NCBI RefSeq assembly: GCF_964213995.1 | Contig: NW_027590170.1 | Location: forward strand, 744,001-808,000 | DNA length: 64,000 nucleotides | From: Mustelus asterias | Taxonomy: Eukaryota | Reading direction: 5' to 3' | Part shown: positions 12,888 through 23,052 of the stretch, in pieces | Layout of the letters: each line of letters opens with the position of its first letter | Position numbering within the stretch: position 1 is the first letter of the stretch | Translations under genes and position numbers: made by a program | Notes under the pieces: generated by a model | The model's input: only the letters and a program-made list of their open reading frames with translations | What the model was told of the DNA's origin: nothing | Database searches by the model: none

Positions 12888-13091
12888 NNNNNNNNNNNNN
12901 NNNNNNNNNNNNNNNNNNNNNNNNNNNNNNNNNNNNNNNNNNNNNNNNNNNNNNNNNNNNNNNNNNNNNNNNNNNNNNNNNNNNNNNNNNNNNNNNNNNN
13001 NNNNNNNNNNNNNNNNNNNNNNNNNNNNNNNNNNNNNNNNNNNNNNNNNNNNNNNNNNNNNNNNNNNNNNNNNNNNNNNNNNNNNNNNNNN
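12888..13091. other. Assembly gap (Ns) flanked by TCCA/TCCG-like and (TC)n simple repeats
   Basis: Run of N. Confidence 1.
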
Positions 13092-13569
13092 ATCTATTCA
13101 TCTCTCTCTCTCTTCTCTCTCTCTCTCTCTACCTCGCTATCTATCTATTTGTCTGTCACATTTCACCATTATCGAGTGAGAGTGTGCAACCTTTTAAGAG
13201 GAGAGATTGCCTTTGAAAGTGCTTTGGATAGTGGTGCAGCGTGCTTCTGGGTGTGGAACATTTCTGGTGAATTAAGACTGCAAAGTACGAACGATTGAGA
13301 TGTTGTTGCAAGGTAAAATCTGTCTGGTAATAGGTCAGATTTTACCGTTTACACTGCCAGTGATTTACGAAACTTTTCCCTCACTCCGAATTGTAAAGTA
13401 CTTGGAAATATTTCTTTCCTGTTTCGAACCATCAGAGAGAAAGTGATAATTGTACTGCAACGTTCGTTGTTTGAAAATAATCCACAGCTCAGTTTCGTGA
13501 CAAATGTGCGAAGAATTCTGAAAGCCCAATCACTCTGAAATTGATAACATTTGGAAATGTTTTTGTAAA

Positions 13570-13785
13570 AATAAAATACTACTGATGCTGGAATCTGAAA
13601 CACAAACAGAAAATAACGGAAAATCTCAGCAGGTCTGCCAGCACTTGTGATGAGAGAATCGAGCCGTTGTGTCGAATCAGGAAGTCCGACGAAGGGTCAT
13701 CCAGACTTGAAATGTTGGTTCCACTCTCTCTCCACAGATGCTATCATACCGGCTGAGTTTTTCCAGAAATTTCTGTTTTTCTGGT
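13570..13785. mobile_element. Palindromic non-autonomous element, probably Penelope-derived
   Basis: Imperfect inverted repeat (acagaaaat..ggaaaatctcagcagg..gagaga / tctctccacagatgct..gctgagtttttcc..tttctgttt) around a degenerate hammerhead-like core. Confidence 0.55.
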
Positions 13786-13788
13786 AAA

Positions 13789-13861
13789 TAGTCCTGCCCC
13801 AGATCGAACAGGAACCCTTTCGCGTGTAAAGCGACCGTGATACTCACTACACTACAGAAAC
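13789..13861 (-). pseudogene. tRNA-Val (anticodon TAC) pseudogene
   Basis: Reverse complement GTTTCTGTAGTGTAGTGAGTATCACGGTCGCTTTACACGCGAAAGGGTTCCTGTTCGATCTGGGGCAGGAC resembles vertebrate tRNA-Val; several stem mismatches. Confidence 0.75.
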
Positions 13862-14527
13862 GCTCCGATGCCCTGATATTCAGAAACTGACGCCACAAAC
13901 ACGTCAATTGCCCACAGCAACTGTGATTTACATTGTGTCTGCTGGTATCTCAAATTAATCAGGTAACGGGGAAGTGGTGGAAAGGATATTGAAAGAAGGA
14001 ACATTGAATTAAAATTGTATCGAAATTAAAGACCAGTACACCTTTCCTATATTACTGACTCTGAAATACAAATGAATGCCATCATTTAAATACTTCGTTA
14101 AGGAACTAATTTGGAATTAATCTGTATTATTGCAGTGCTGTTAATAAAGTCAGTAATAGACAGTCTGTTGCTGGGAGTTTGATTATCTGCTGTCTGAAAC
14201 CAAAATATTCAATATTCCACAGGACCAGGCTGAGGAGAAGGCAGTTGGTTTGTTCACTACATTTATTTATTTATTTTAAGTTAAATTTGTGTAAAAAATC
14301 GGAGGTTTTTTTTAAAACAGGAAGTGGGCCCAGCAGGAGTCTGGGAAGGTTTTTGGAGGGTTTAAAAGTGCTTAACTTGCAGTTTTCAGCCTCATTAGCG
14401 GGCAGCAGAGTGAGCAGGAGGCAGAGTGAAAGCTGTAGGGCTTTGGCTCACAGGGCTTGGGCGAGCAGGGGTGAGTTAATTCATTTTTTGCTGTTTCTAC
14501 CTGGTACTGGCAAGGTATCTAGAGGGG

Positions 14528-15454
14528 ATGGGTGTGAAGGCAGTGCAATGTTCCTCTTGCACTATGTTCGAGGTGAGGGACGACGTCAGTGTCCCTGCTG
14601 ATTATACCTGTGAGAAGTGCATCCATCTGCAGCTCCTCCAAAACCGTGTAAGGGAACTGGAGCTGGAGTTGGAGGAACTTAGGATCATAAGGGATGCAGA
14701 GATGGCCATAGACAGAAGCTTCAGGGATACAGTTACTCCGCGGAATGAAAATAGATGGGTGACGGTGAGAGGGGCTGGGAAGAAGCAGTCGGTGCAGGGA
14801 TCCCCTGTGGTCGTTCCCCTTAGTAATAAGTATTCCGCTTTGGATACGGTTGAGGGGGACGACATACCAGTGGTGAGCCGCAGTGAGAGGATCTCCGGCA
14901 CTGAGTCCGTCCCTGTGGCTCAGGAGGGTAAGGAGGAGAGCGGGAGGGCAATAGTTATTGGGGACTCGTTAGTTAGAGGGATAGATAGGAGGTTCTGTGG
15001 CAGCAAAAGAGACTCGAGGATGGTTTGTTGCCTACCGGATGCCAGGGTCCGTGACGTCTCGGACCGTGTTTTCCGGATTCTTAAGGGGGAGGGGAAACAG
15101 TCACAAGTCGTGGTACACATTGGTACCAACGACATAGGTAAGAGAAGGGACGGGGATTTAAAACAGGAATTTCGGGAGCTCGGCTGGAAGCTGAGAGCAA
15201 AGACAAAAGATGTGGTCATCTCTGGTACGCTACCGGTGCCACGTGATAGCGAGTTGAGGAACAGGGAGAGAGTGCACTTAAACATGTGGTTGCAGGGATG
15301 GTGCAGGAGGGAGGGTTTCAGATACGTGGATAATTGGAACACGTTCTGGGGAAGGTGGGACCTCTGCAAACAGGACGGGGTGCACCTGAACCAGAGGGGC
15401 ACCAATATCCTGGGAAGGAAATTTGCTACGGCTCTTCAGGCGGATTTAAACTAA
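14528..15454 (+). CDS. CR1 ORF1p (Cys-rich zinc finger, leucine zipper, SGNH/GDSL esterase)
   Basis: CSSC..CEKC, LQNRVRELELELEEL, IVIGDS, HIGTND, DGVH. Confidence 0.9.
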   Translation: MGVKAVQCSSCTMFEVRDDVSVPADYTCEKCIHLQLLQNRVRELELELEELRIIRDAEMAIDRSFRDTVTPRNENRWVTVRGAGKKQSVQGSPVVVPLSNKYSALDTVEGDDIPVVSRSERISGTESVPVAQEGKEESGRAIVIGDSLVRGIDRRFCGSKRDSRMVCCLPDARVRDVSDRVFRILKGEGKQSQVVVHIGTNDIGKRRDGDLKQEFRELGWKLRAKTKDVVISGTLPVPRDSELRNRERVHLNMWLQGWCRREGFRYVDNWNTFWGRWDLCKQDGVHLNQRGTNILGRKFATALQADLN

Positions 15455-18351
15455 TTTGTCAGGGGAGTGGGAAAAGGAGTTGTAGTCCAGAAGTCAGTGT
15501 TGAGGGTGGTGAGGTATTGGGGAAGGTATCAAGGTCAAGGGTGGGTACCGGTAGACAGGAAGATGGGTTGAAGTGTGTCTACTTCAATGCAAGGAGCATC
15601 CGGAACAAGGTGGATGAACTTGGGGCGTGGATTGCTACTTGGGACTACGATGTTGTGGCCATTACGGAGACGTGGGGAGAACAAGGACAGGAATGGTTGT
15701 TGGACGTTCCGGGGTATAGATGTTTCAGTAAGTGTAGGGAAGCTGGTAAAAGAGGTGGAGGAGTAGCATTGTTAATCAAGGATAGTTTAACGGCTGCGGA
15801 AAAGCACTTTGAGGGGGATATGCACACTGAGGTAATATGGGCTGCAGTTAGAAACAGGAAAGGAGCGGTCACGTTGCTAGGAGTTTACTATAGGCCCCCA
15901 AATAGTAATAGAGATGTGGAGGAAGAAATTGCTAAGCAGATTATGGATATGTGTGGGGGTCACAGGGTAGTTGTCGTGGGGGACTGTAACTTTCCAAATA
16001 TTGATTGGAATCTTTGTAGGTCAAATAGTTTGGATGGGGCACTTTTTGTGCAGTGTGTGCAGGAGGGTTTCCTGACACAATATGTGGATAGGCCGACAAG
16101 GGGTGAGGCCACATTGGATTTGGTACTGGGAAATGAACCGGGCCAAGTGTTAGATTTGGTTGTGGGAGAGAACTTTGGAGACAGTGACCACAATTCGGTG
16201 TCTTTTGTTATTGCAATGGAGAGGGATAGGGCCGGACGGCAGGGCAAGGCTTACAATTGGGGGAGAGGTAATTATGATGCGATTAGGCAAGAATTAGGGG
16301 GCATAGGATGGGAACAGAAACTGTCAGGGAAAGGCACTGATGAAAAGTGGAACTTTTTCAAGGAACAAATACTGGGTGTCCTTGACAGGTATGTCCCTGT
16401 CAGGCAGGGAGGAAATGGCCGAGTGAGGGAACCGTGGTTCACAAAAGAGGTGGAATGTCTTGTGAAAAGGACGAGGGAAGCTTATGTAGGGATGAGGAAA
16501 CAAGGTTCAGATGGCTCGACTGAGGGTTACAAGTTAGCAAGGAACGAGCTGAAAAAGGGGCTGAGGAGAGCTAGGAGGGGACATGAGAAGTCCTTGGCGG
16601 GTCGGATCAAGGAAAACCCCAAGGCTTTTTACTCTTATGTGAGGAATAAAAGAATGACCAGGGTGAGGTTAGGGCCGGTCAAGGACAGTGGTGGGAACTT
16701 GTGTATGGAATCAGTAGAGATAGGCGAGGTGATGAATGAATACTTTTCTTCAGTGTTCACCAAGGAGAGGGGCCATGTTTTTCAGGAAGAGAAGGTGTTA
16801 CAGGCTAATAGGCTGGAGGAAATAGATGTTCGGAGGGAGAATGTATTGGCAGTTTTGAATAAACTGAAGGTCGATAAGTCCCCTGGGCCTGATGAAATGT
16901 ATCCTAGGATTCTTTGGGAGGCGAGGGATGAGATTGCAGAGCCTTTGGCTTTGATCTTTGGGTCCTCACTGTCCACGGGGATGGTGCCAGAGGACTGGAG
17001 AGTGGCAAATGTTGTTCCTCTGTTTAAGAAAGGGAATAGAAATGACCCTGGTAATTATAGACCGGTTAGTCTGACTTCGGTGGTTGGTAAATTGATGGAA
17101 AAGGTCCTTAGGGATGGGATTTACGACCATTTAGAAAGATGCGGATTAATCCGGGATAGTCAGCACGGATTTGTGAAGGGCAAATCGTGCCTCACAAATT
17201 TGATAGAATTTTTTGAGGAGGTAACTAGGTGTGTTGATGAAGGTAGGGCGGTTGATGTCATATACATGGATTTTAGTAAGGCGTTTGATAAGGTCCCCCA
17301 TGGTCGGCTTATGATGAAAGTAAGGAGGTGTGGGATAGAGGGAAAGTTGGCCGATTGGATAGGTAACTGGCTGTCTGATCGAAGACAGAGGGTGGTGGTG
17401 GATGGAAAATTTTCGGACTGGAGGCAGGTTGCTAGCGGAGTGCCGCAGGGATCGGTGCTTGGTCCTCTGCTCTTTGTGATTTTTATTAATGACTTAGAGG
17501 AGGGGGCTGAAGGGTGGATCAGTAAATTTGCTGATGACACCAAGATTGGTGGAGTAGTGGATGAGGTGGAGGGGTGTTGTAGGCTGCAAAGAGACATAGA
17601 TAGGATGCAAAGCTGGGCTGAAAAATGGCAAATGGAGTTTAACCCTGATAAATGTGAGGTGATTCATTTTGGTAGGACTAATTTAAATGTGGATTACAGG
17701 GTCAAAGGTAGTGTTCTGAAGACTGTGGAGGAACAGAGAGATCTTGGGGTCCATATCCACAGATCTCTAAAGGTTGCCACTCAAGTGGATAGAGCTGTGA
17801 AGAAGGCATATAGTGTGTTTGCTTTTATTAACAGGGGGTTGGAGTTTAAGAGCCGTGGGGTTATGCTGCAACTGTACAGGACCTTGGTGAGACCGCATTT
17901 GGAATATTGCGTGCAGTTCTGGTCACCTCACTATAAGAAGGATGTGGAAGCGCTGGAAAGAGTGCAGAGGAGATTTACCAGGATGCTGCCTGGTTTGGAG
18001 TGTCGGTCTTATGAGGAAAGGTTGAGGGAGCTGGGGCTGTTCTCTCTGGAGCGGAGGAGATTGAGGGGAGACTCAATAGAGGTTTATAAAATGATGAAGG
18101 GGATAGATCGAGTGAACGTTCAAAGACTATTTCCTCGGGTGGATGGAGCTATTACGAGGGGGCATAACTATAGGGTTCATGGTGGGAGATATAGGAAGGA
18201 TATCAGAGGTAGGTTCTTCACGCAGAGAGTGGTTGTGGTGTGGAATGGACTGCCTGCAGTGATAGTGGAGTCAGACACTTTAGGAACATTTAAGCGGTTA
18301 TTGGATAGGCACATGGAGCACACCAGGATGGTAGGGAGTGGGATAGCTTGA
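15334..18351 (+). CDS. CR1 ORF2p (AP endonuclease + reverse transcriptase); no ATG at 5' end, overlaps ORF1 in -1 frame
   Basis: NARS, ITETW, YRPP, GD(C)N, SDH; DFSKAFD, PQGSVLGP, FADD. Confidence 0.93.
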   Translation: MEHVLGKVGPLQTGRGAPEPEGHQYPGKEICYGSSGGFKLICQGSGKRSCSPEVSVEGGEVLGKVSRSRVGTGRQEDGLKCVYFNARSIRNKVDELGAWIATWDYDVVAITETWGEQGQEWLLDVPGYRCFSKCREAGKRGGGVALLIKDSLTAAEKHFEGDMHTEVIWAAVRNRKGAVTLLGVYYRPPNSNRDVEEEIAKQIMDMCGGHRVVVVGDCNFPNIDWNLCRSNSLDGALFVQCVQEGFLTQYVDRPTRGEATLDLVLGNEPGQVLDLVVGENFGDSDHNSVSFVIAMERDRAGRQGKAYNWGRGNYDAIRQELGGIGWEQKLSGKGTDEKWNFFKEQILGVLDRYVPVRQGGNGRVREPWFTKEVECLVKRTREAYVGMRKQGSDGSTEGYKLARNELKKGLRRARRGHEKSLAGRIKENPKAFYSYVRNKRMTRVRLGPVKDSGGNLCMESVEIGEVMNEYFSSVFTKERGHVFQEEKVLQANRLEEIDVRRENVLAVLNKLKVDKSPGPDEMYPRILWEARDEIAEPLALIFGSSLSTGMVPEDWRVANVVPLFKKGNRNDPGNYRPVSLTSVVGKLMEKVLRDGIYDHLERCGLIRDSQHGFVKGKSCLTNLIEFFEEVTRCVDEGRAVDVIYMDFSKAFDKVPHGRLMMKVRRCGIEGKLADWIGNWLSDRRQRVVVDGKFSDWRQVASGVPQGSVLGPLLFVIFINDLEEGAEGWISKFADDTKIGGVVDEVEGCCRLQRDIDRMQSWAEKWQMEFNPDKCEVIHFGRTNLNVDYRVKGSVLKTVEEQRDLGVHIHRSLKVATQVDRAVKKAYSVFAFINRGLEFKSRGVMLQLYRTLVRPHLEYCVQFWSPHYKKDVEALERVQRRFTRMLPGLECRSYEERLRELGLFSLERRRLRGDSIEVYKMMKGIDRVNVQRLFPRVDGAITRGHNYRVHGGRYRKDIRGRFFTQRVVVVWNGLPAVIVESDTLGTFKRLLDRHMEHTRMVGSGIA

Positions 18352-18644
18352 TCTTGGTTTCAGATGAAGGTCGGCACAACATCGTGGGCCGAAGGGCCTG
18401 TTCTGTGCTGTACTGTTCTATGTTCTATGTTCGAGTGAAAAAGATGAACAAGGAAACACGTCAGTGCCGAATATTCCAGCTGGATATTCACAGGAGAAAG
18501 TCTGTTTTCTCACACGTCCAGTAGAAAGAACAGAGAAAGATCCATCTGGAAGAAACCCTTCCATCATTTGTAAATATATTTCTAATGTTGACAGGTTCCA
18601 ACAGTCAGTTTCCATCACATTGAAGTCAACGGAAGGTGGGAGAT

Positions 18645-18790
18645 AGAGTCATAGAGTCATAGAATCATAGAGGTTTACAGCATGGAAACAGGCCCTTCGG
18701 CCCAACTTGTCCATGCCGGCATTTTTTCTAAACCCTAAGCTAATCCAAATTGCCTGCATTTGGCCCATATGCCTCTATACCCATCTTATT
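18645..18790 (-). mobile_element. CR1 3'-end fragment
   Basis: (catagagt)n tail then acaggcccttcggccc; same family as 26900. Confidence 0.7.
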
Positions 18791-19152
18791 TTCAACATTT
18801 TCAACAAAATATTTTCAACCAAAACAGAATGGTTCAAAGTTCCAGAGTGAAATGTAACTTGATGTTACTTACATTCGTAGATTCAGGAAAGTCACACAAA
18901 CATTTTCAGTCTGGAAACTTAAACCTGCCATTTCACTCTCAGGAACAGCCCAATTTTACACCAACCTCTGATTTTACAGCACGTTTGCAGTATTCAACAT
19001 TGCTCTCCTGACTCCGAACACAGTTGTAAAGGAGCTTCTCTTCCGTGTCTCGGAGCTCTGAACCATGGAAGAGAGCGGCTCGCACACATTCCTTACACAC
19101 CTCAGGATTAACCTCCAAGTTCAGTCCTGGGCGTGAGTAACTGCAGCAATGT

Positions 19153-19725
19153 AAGAAGTCTCGCAACACCAGGTTAAGATCCAACAGGTTTATTTGGAAT
19201 CACGGGCTTTCGGAGCGCTGCTCCTTCATCAGGTGCGTGGAGGTTCGTTCGCAAGCACAGCATATATAATGAAAGACACAACTGCAAGATAGTTACAGAT
19301 TGGTATGTGAAGAGTGATTTAATATGAGTCTTTATAGGTAAATATAAAGTAAATAATCAAGTTTTTATAGGTGCGAACAGTGTGAGTGGAGCGAGGGACA
19401 ATTACAAGTTGAAGGGGTGTGAATTGTCTCAAACCAGGTCAGTTCGTAGGACTTTGCAAACCCAGGCAGTATGGTGAGGGTTACAAGTAGTGCGACATTC
19501 ACCCAAGATCCCGGTTAAGGCCGTCCTCATGCATGTTGAACTTGGCTATCAGTTTCTGCTCGGCGATTCTGCGTTGCCATATGTCTTGAAAGCCGCCTTG
19601 GAGAACGCTTACCCGAAAACTGGAGGCTGAATGTCCTGGACTGCTGAAGAGCTCCCCAACTGGAAGGGAACACTCCCGCCTGGCGATTGTTGTGCAGTGT
19701 CCGTTCAACCGTTGCCGTCATGTCT
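19153..19725 (-). mobile_element. Penelope-like element 3' fragment (GIY-YIG C-terminus + terminal repeat)
   Basis: ORF 19499-19708 is homologous to the 34865 GIY-YIG ORF; candidate TSD gcaatgt at 19146-19152 and 19726-19732. Confidence 0.85.
19201..19235 (-). ncRNA. Minimal hammerhead ribozyme motif, cleavage-site U mutated
   Basis: CAC-CUGAUGA-A-GGAGC-AGC-GCUCC-GAAA-GC-CC-GUG. Confidence 0.65.
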
Positions 19726-20879
19726 GCAATGTCCTCCGCTCATTTGTGAACACGCTGGTGTGCCAGGAAGTGGTTGGAATCCCTTCCCACACTCAGAGAA
19801 GGTGAACGGCCTCTCCTTGGTGTGACGTTGTTGGTGTGTGAGCAGATCGGATGACTGAATTAATCCTATCCCACTTTCCGGGTATATGAACCGTCTCACT
19901 CCAGTCTGAAGCTGTTGTTTTATTCACAGACACGTCTTGTTTTAAAGCTCTTTTCACAATCAGAACATTTAAAAGGACTCTGATCACTGTGATCAAGTTT
20001 ATGCTTAGTGAGCTGGGATGACTAAGCGAATCCTTTCCCACAAACAGAGCAGGTGGCTGCATTTTCCTCTGTCTGAACTCATTCATGTGCCAGCGGGTCA
20101 GATGAGTAAGCAAATTCCTTCGCACATTTAAAACATCAGAACAGCTTCTCCCCAGTATGAACTTGCTGGTGTGTTGACAGAAGGGACAACTGATTAAATC
20201 CATCTCCACCCTTCGCGACGGTGAATGACCTCTCCCCAGTTTGACTGCGTTGATAATTTCCCAGTTCAAGGAATAAAGAGTATAAATAGGGAAAATATTT
20301 TAATTTAATATGTTTTCCTTGAAGTTCTGTCTTTTTATTACAATGCTGTTTTAAGAGGATTTCAACAAGTTTATCAGTTCATTTGTTTTACGAGTATATG
20401 AAAAATAGTAAACCGCTCTCAGACCTCACTGATTTCTATCCAAAGTGGAACCACAGGAAGAGGAGGCTCCACAAACATCCCCACTCTCAATGATGGGGTC
20501 CAGCACATCACGGCCGTGTTTTGTGCTTACTGACCCGGATGTGTTATCAATGCCTTCCCTGGTTCCCAAGGCTTGGAAAGACATTTTGGAAGGTATGAGT
20601 TCAACAGAATAGCTGAAGGTCCAAGAAATGAAATGATCGAGACAGTTAGAAAGGAGAAAATAATAAAGATGAAGCATTGAGTGACAGCCAGTGACAGGTT
20701 AGCAATTAATCTGCTCCTATCCTGGAGAAATGAAGGAACTGACTCTGTGCCTGAAACAATATTAGTTCATTTGACACATATCGGAATATTCAAAAGCAGC
20801 AAGTTATGGAGATTATTAACGTCAGCATGAAGAAACTCCAGCTCTCAGATTGAACATTTTTCAGGTTTTGATGTGATTA

Positions 20880-21066
20880 ATCTGGAATTAAAAGTGTAAT
20901 GATGACCATGAAACCATTAACGACTGTTGCAAAACCCCATCCGGTTCACTAATGTCATGGGGGAAGGAGATCTGCCATCCTTAGCTGGTTTGGCCGACAT
21001 GTGACTCCAGAGCCAGAGTAATGTGGTTGACCCTTAAATGTCCTCTCAAATGGAGGGCAATTAAGG
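20880..21066 (+). mobile_element. Second SINE family fragment (L2/CR1-like tail)
   Basis: ggttcactaatgtc..ggaaggagatctgccatcctt..tgactccag..tggttgac; homologous to 48480 and 53730 copies. Confidence 0.65.
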
Positions 21067-21076
21067 CTCCTCCGTC

Positions 21077-21190
21077 TGACGTCATGGATTGGTGAGCGAA
21101 GGCACTCTGAGCTGATTGGATGAAATGGAGGGTAATGAATCTGTGAGTTGATTGGGTGTCTCCCGCTGGCTCTGTCAGGAACGAGCCAAT
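21077..21190 (+). promoter_or_regulatory. V1 promoter: CRE TGACGTCA (21077-21084) plus several CCAAT/ATTGG boxes
   Basis: About 200 bp upstream of leader ATG; same arrangement in paralog V7 (TGACGTCA 45296-45303). Confidence 0.65.
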
Positions 21191-21280
21191 CGCTTGAGGC
21201 CGGATATTTCTCAACATTTTCTGAACCCTGAAATAAATATGGAGCTTGAACTCACTGAGTTCAGATCCAGCATCATCTCT

Positions 21281-21850
21281 ATGAAGGCTTTGTGTGTTAC
21301 TCTTTACCAGTTCCTCACAGCGTCAACTCTTTTAACTGGTAAGTTCCCAAGTTGCACATTCTGCCGCTTGCTCGCGATACTGACATAGACACCTTTCCAT
21401 TGAACTGTTTTTCCATCTATTTGTAATATATTCAATTACCTAAATCCCGTTGTTTCTGACAAAGTGAAAAGAAAAATTAAATTTCGTATTTCTATTCTTT
21501 TTTGCAGGTGTGAGTGCTGCAGGTTTTGTCTCCCAGGGACCGGTTACAGCGATAAGGTTTGAAGGAGAATCGGTGTGTATTGATTTCAGCTATTCGACCA
21601 CAGCTGCTGCATATTCTTTTCAGTTTTACCACCAGGACCTGTATAAAGTCCCCACATTCTTGATCTACATCCCCAATTACGAAGATGTTGTCAGAGCAGA
21701 GGGCGTGGGGCTCGATTTGCTGCATCTTTGAACACTTCGAAAAATCAGGGAAATTTCACCACGTGAGCTGCAGCTGTCTGCCAGCGCGGTTTATTACAGC
21801 CGACTGAGAGACACAGTGACCAGAACCAGAGGAGGCCTCGTGCAAAATAA
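21281..21850 (+). pseudogene. TCR alpha/delta-type V pseudogene (V1)
   Basis: Leader 21281-21338 (MKALCVTLYQFLTASTLLT|gtaagt); V exon from 21508 with both canonical Cys lost and a frameshift; RSS CACAGTG 21812-21818, 23 nt, GCAAAATAA 21842-21850. Confidence 0.85.
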
Positions 21851-22494
21851 CTACCGCAGTGTGACAAAGGGAATGGCTGGGCAGAAGGGGAAAACCTGGA
21901 ATTTCTAAACCTACCTGTAGGTTGCTATGATTTAAAATGAACCCAAATTATTAGCAAGTCGAGAGCAACAGGTACTGCACTGGGAAACGTTTCCTCTTTC
22001 CCATTTTTGTCGAATACATGAACATAACGTGAAGGTGAGATTGAAACAATCATTATTTTAAAATTAAAGATACTGTTATGAAAGAACTGTGGAAAATATT
22101 TGATATTTGACGTGTCGCAAGGAGAAATACGACACAAGAAATGAAGCTAAGCAAATGGAAAGACAGTGAGTGAATCAAAAGCAGAGACCGTTGTAGATAT
22201 AGGTACATAGATAGGGAGAGACGGATTGAGATTCGGGGAGGTAAAGAGGAAGCGGAATGATAGAAATGAGTGAGAACCAGAGATAAATAGTGGGACTGAC
22301 ACGGAGTGAAAAAGAGGCGGAGGCAGGAAGGGAATTAGATTAAGAAACGGTGAAGAAACGAAGAGAGACAAGAAGGCTGTGAACACGAGAAACAGAGAGC
22401 TATACAGTGAGAGAAACGAAGGGGCGCATTGAGAAAAGCAATGTCCAAAATTGATTCAGGAATTCCAGATGGAGAAATAAAATAACATAATATA

Positions 22495-23052
22495 GAAACA
22501 TAGAAAAACTACAGCACAATACAGGCCCTTCAGCCCAGAAAGTTGTGTCGAACATGTCCCCATCTTAGCGATTACTAGGCTTACCTATAACCCTCTATCT
22601 TACTAAGTTCCATGTACTTATCTAAAAGTCTCTTAAAATACCCTATCGAATCCGCCTCCACCACCGTTGCTGGCAGCCCATTCCACGCACCCACCACCCT
22701 TTGTGTGAAAAACTTACCCCTGACATCTCCTCTGAACCTACTCCCCAGCACTATAACCTGTGTCCCCGAGTGGCAACCATTTCAGCCCTGGGAAAAAGCC
22801 TCTGACTATCCACTCGATCAATACCTCTCAACATCTTATACACCTCTATCAGGTCACCCCTCATCCTTCGTCTCTCCAAGGAGAAAAGGCCGAGCTCACT
22901 CAACCTATCCTCATAAGGCATGCTGCCCAACCCAGGCAACATCCTTGTAAATCTCCTCTGCACCCTTTCTATGGCTCCCACATCCTTCCTGCAATGAGGC
23001 GACCAGAACTGAGCACAGTGCTGCAAGTGTGGTCTGACCAGTGTCTTAAAGA
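22495..23052 (-). mobile_element. 5'-truncated CR1 LINE
   Basis: LFKTLVRPHLQHCAQFWSP..; catagaaa-type tail. Confidence 0.9.

Larger units (their letters stand above)
14220..18432 (+). mobile_element. Full-length CR1 LINE, subfamily A
   Basis: 5' UTR, ORF1, ORF2 and (tgttcta)n tail; both ORFs uninterrupted. Confidence 0.95.
19100..20270 (-). pseudogene. C2H2 zinc-finger pseudogene interrupted by a Penelope-like element
   Basis: Frameshifted fingers and linkers on minus strand ([46 protein letters not shown]) with stops. Confidence 0.75.

Noticed and set aside
12761-13298. ORFs spanning the N run
   Set aside because: Artefacts of the assembly gap and simple repeats
14211-18477. aatattcca on both sides of the full-length CR1 as a TSD with 3' transduction
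   Set aside because: Right copy is about 37 nt beyond the tail with no second tail, and the left copy may overlap the element 5' end; unsupported
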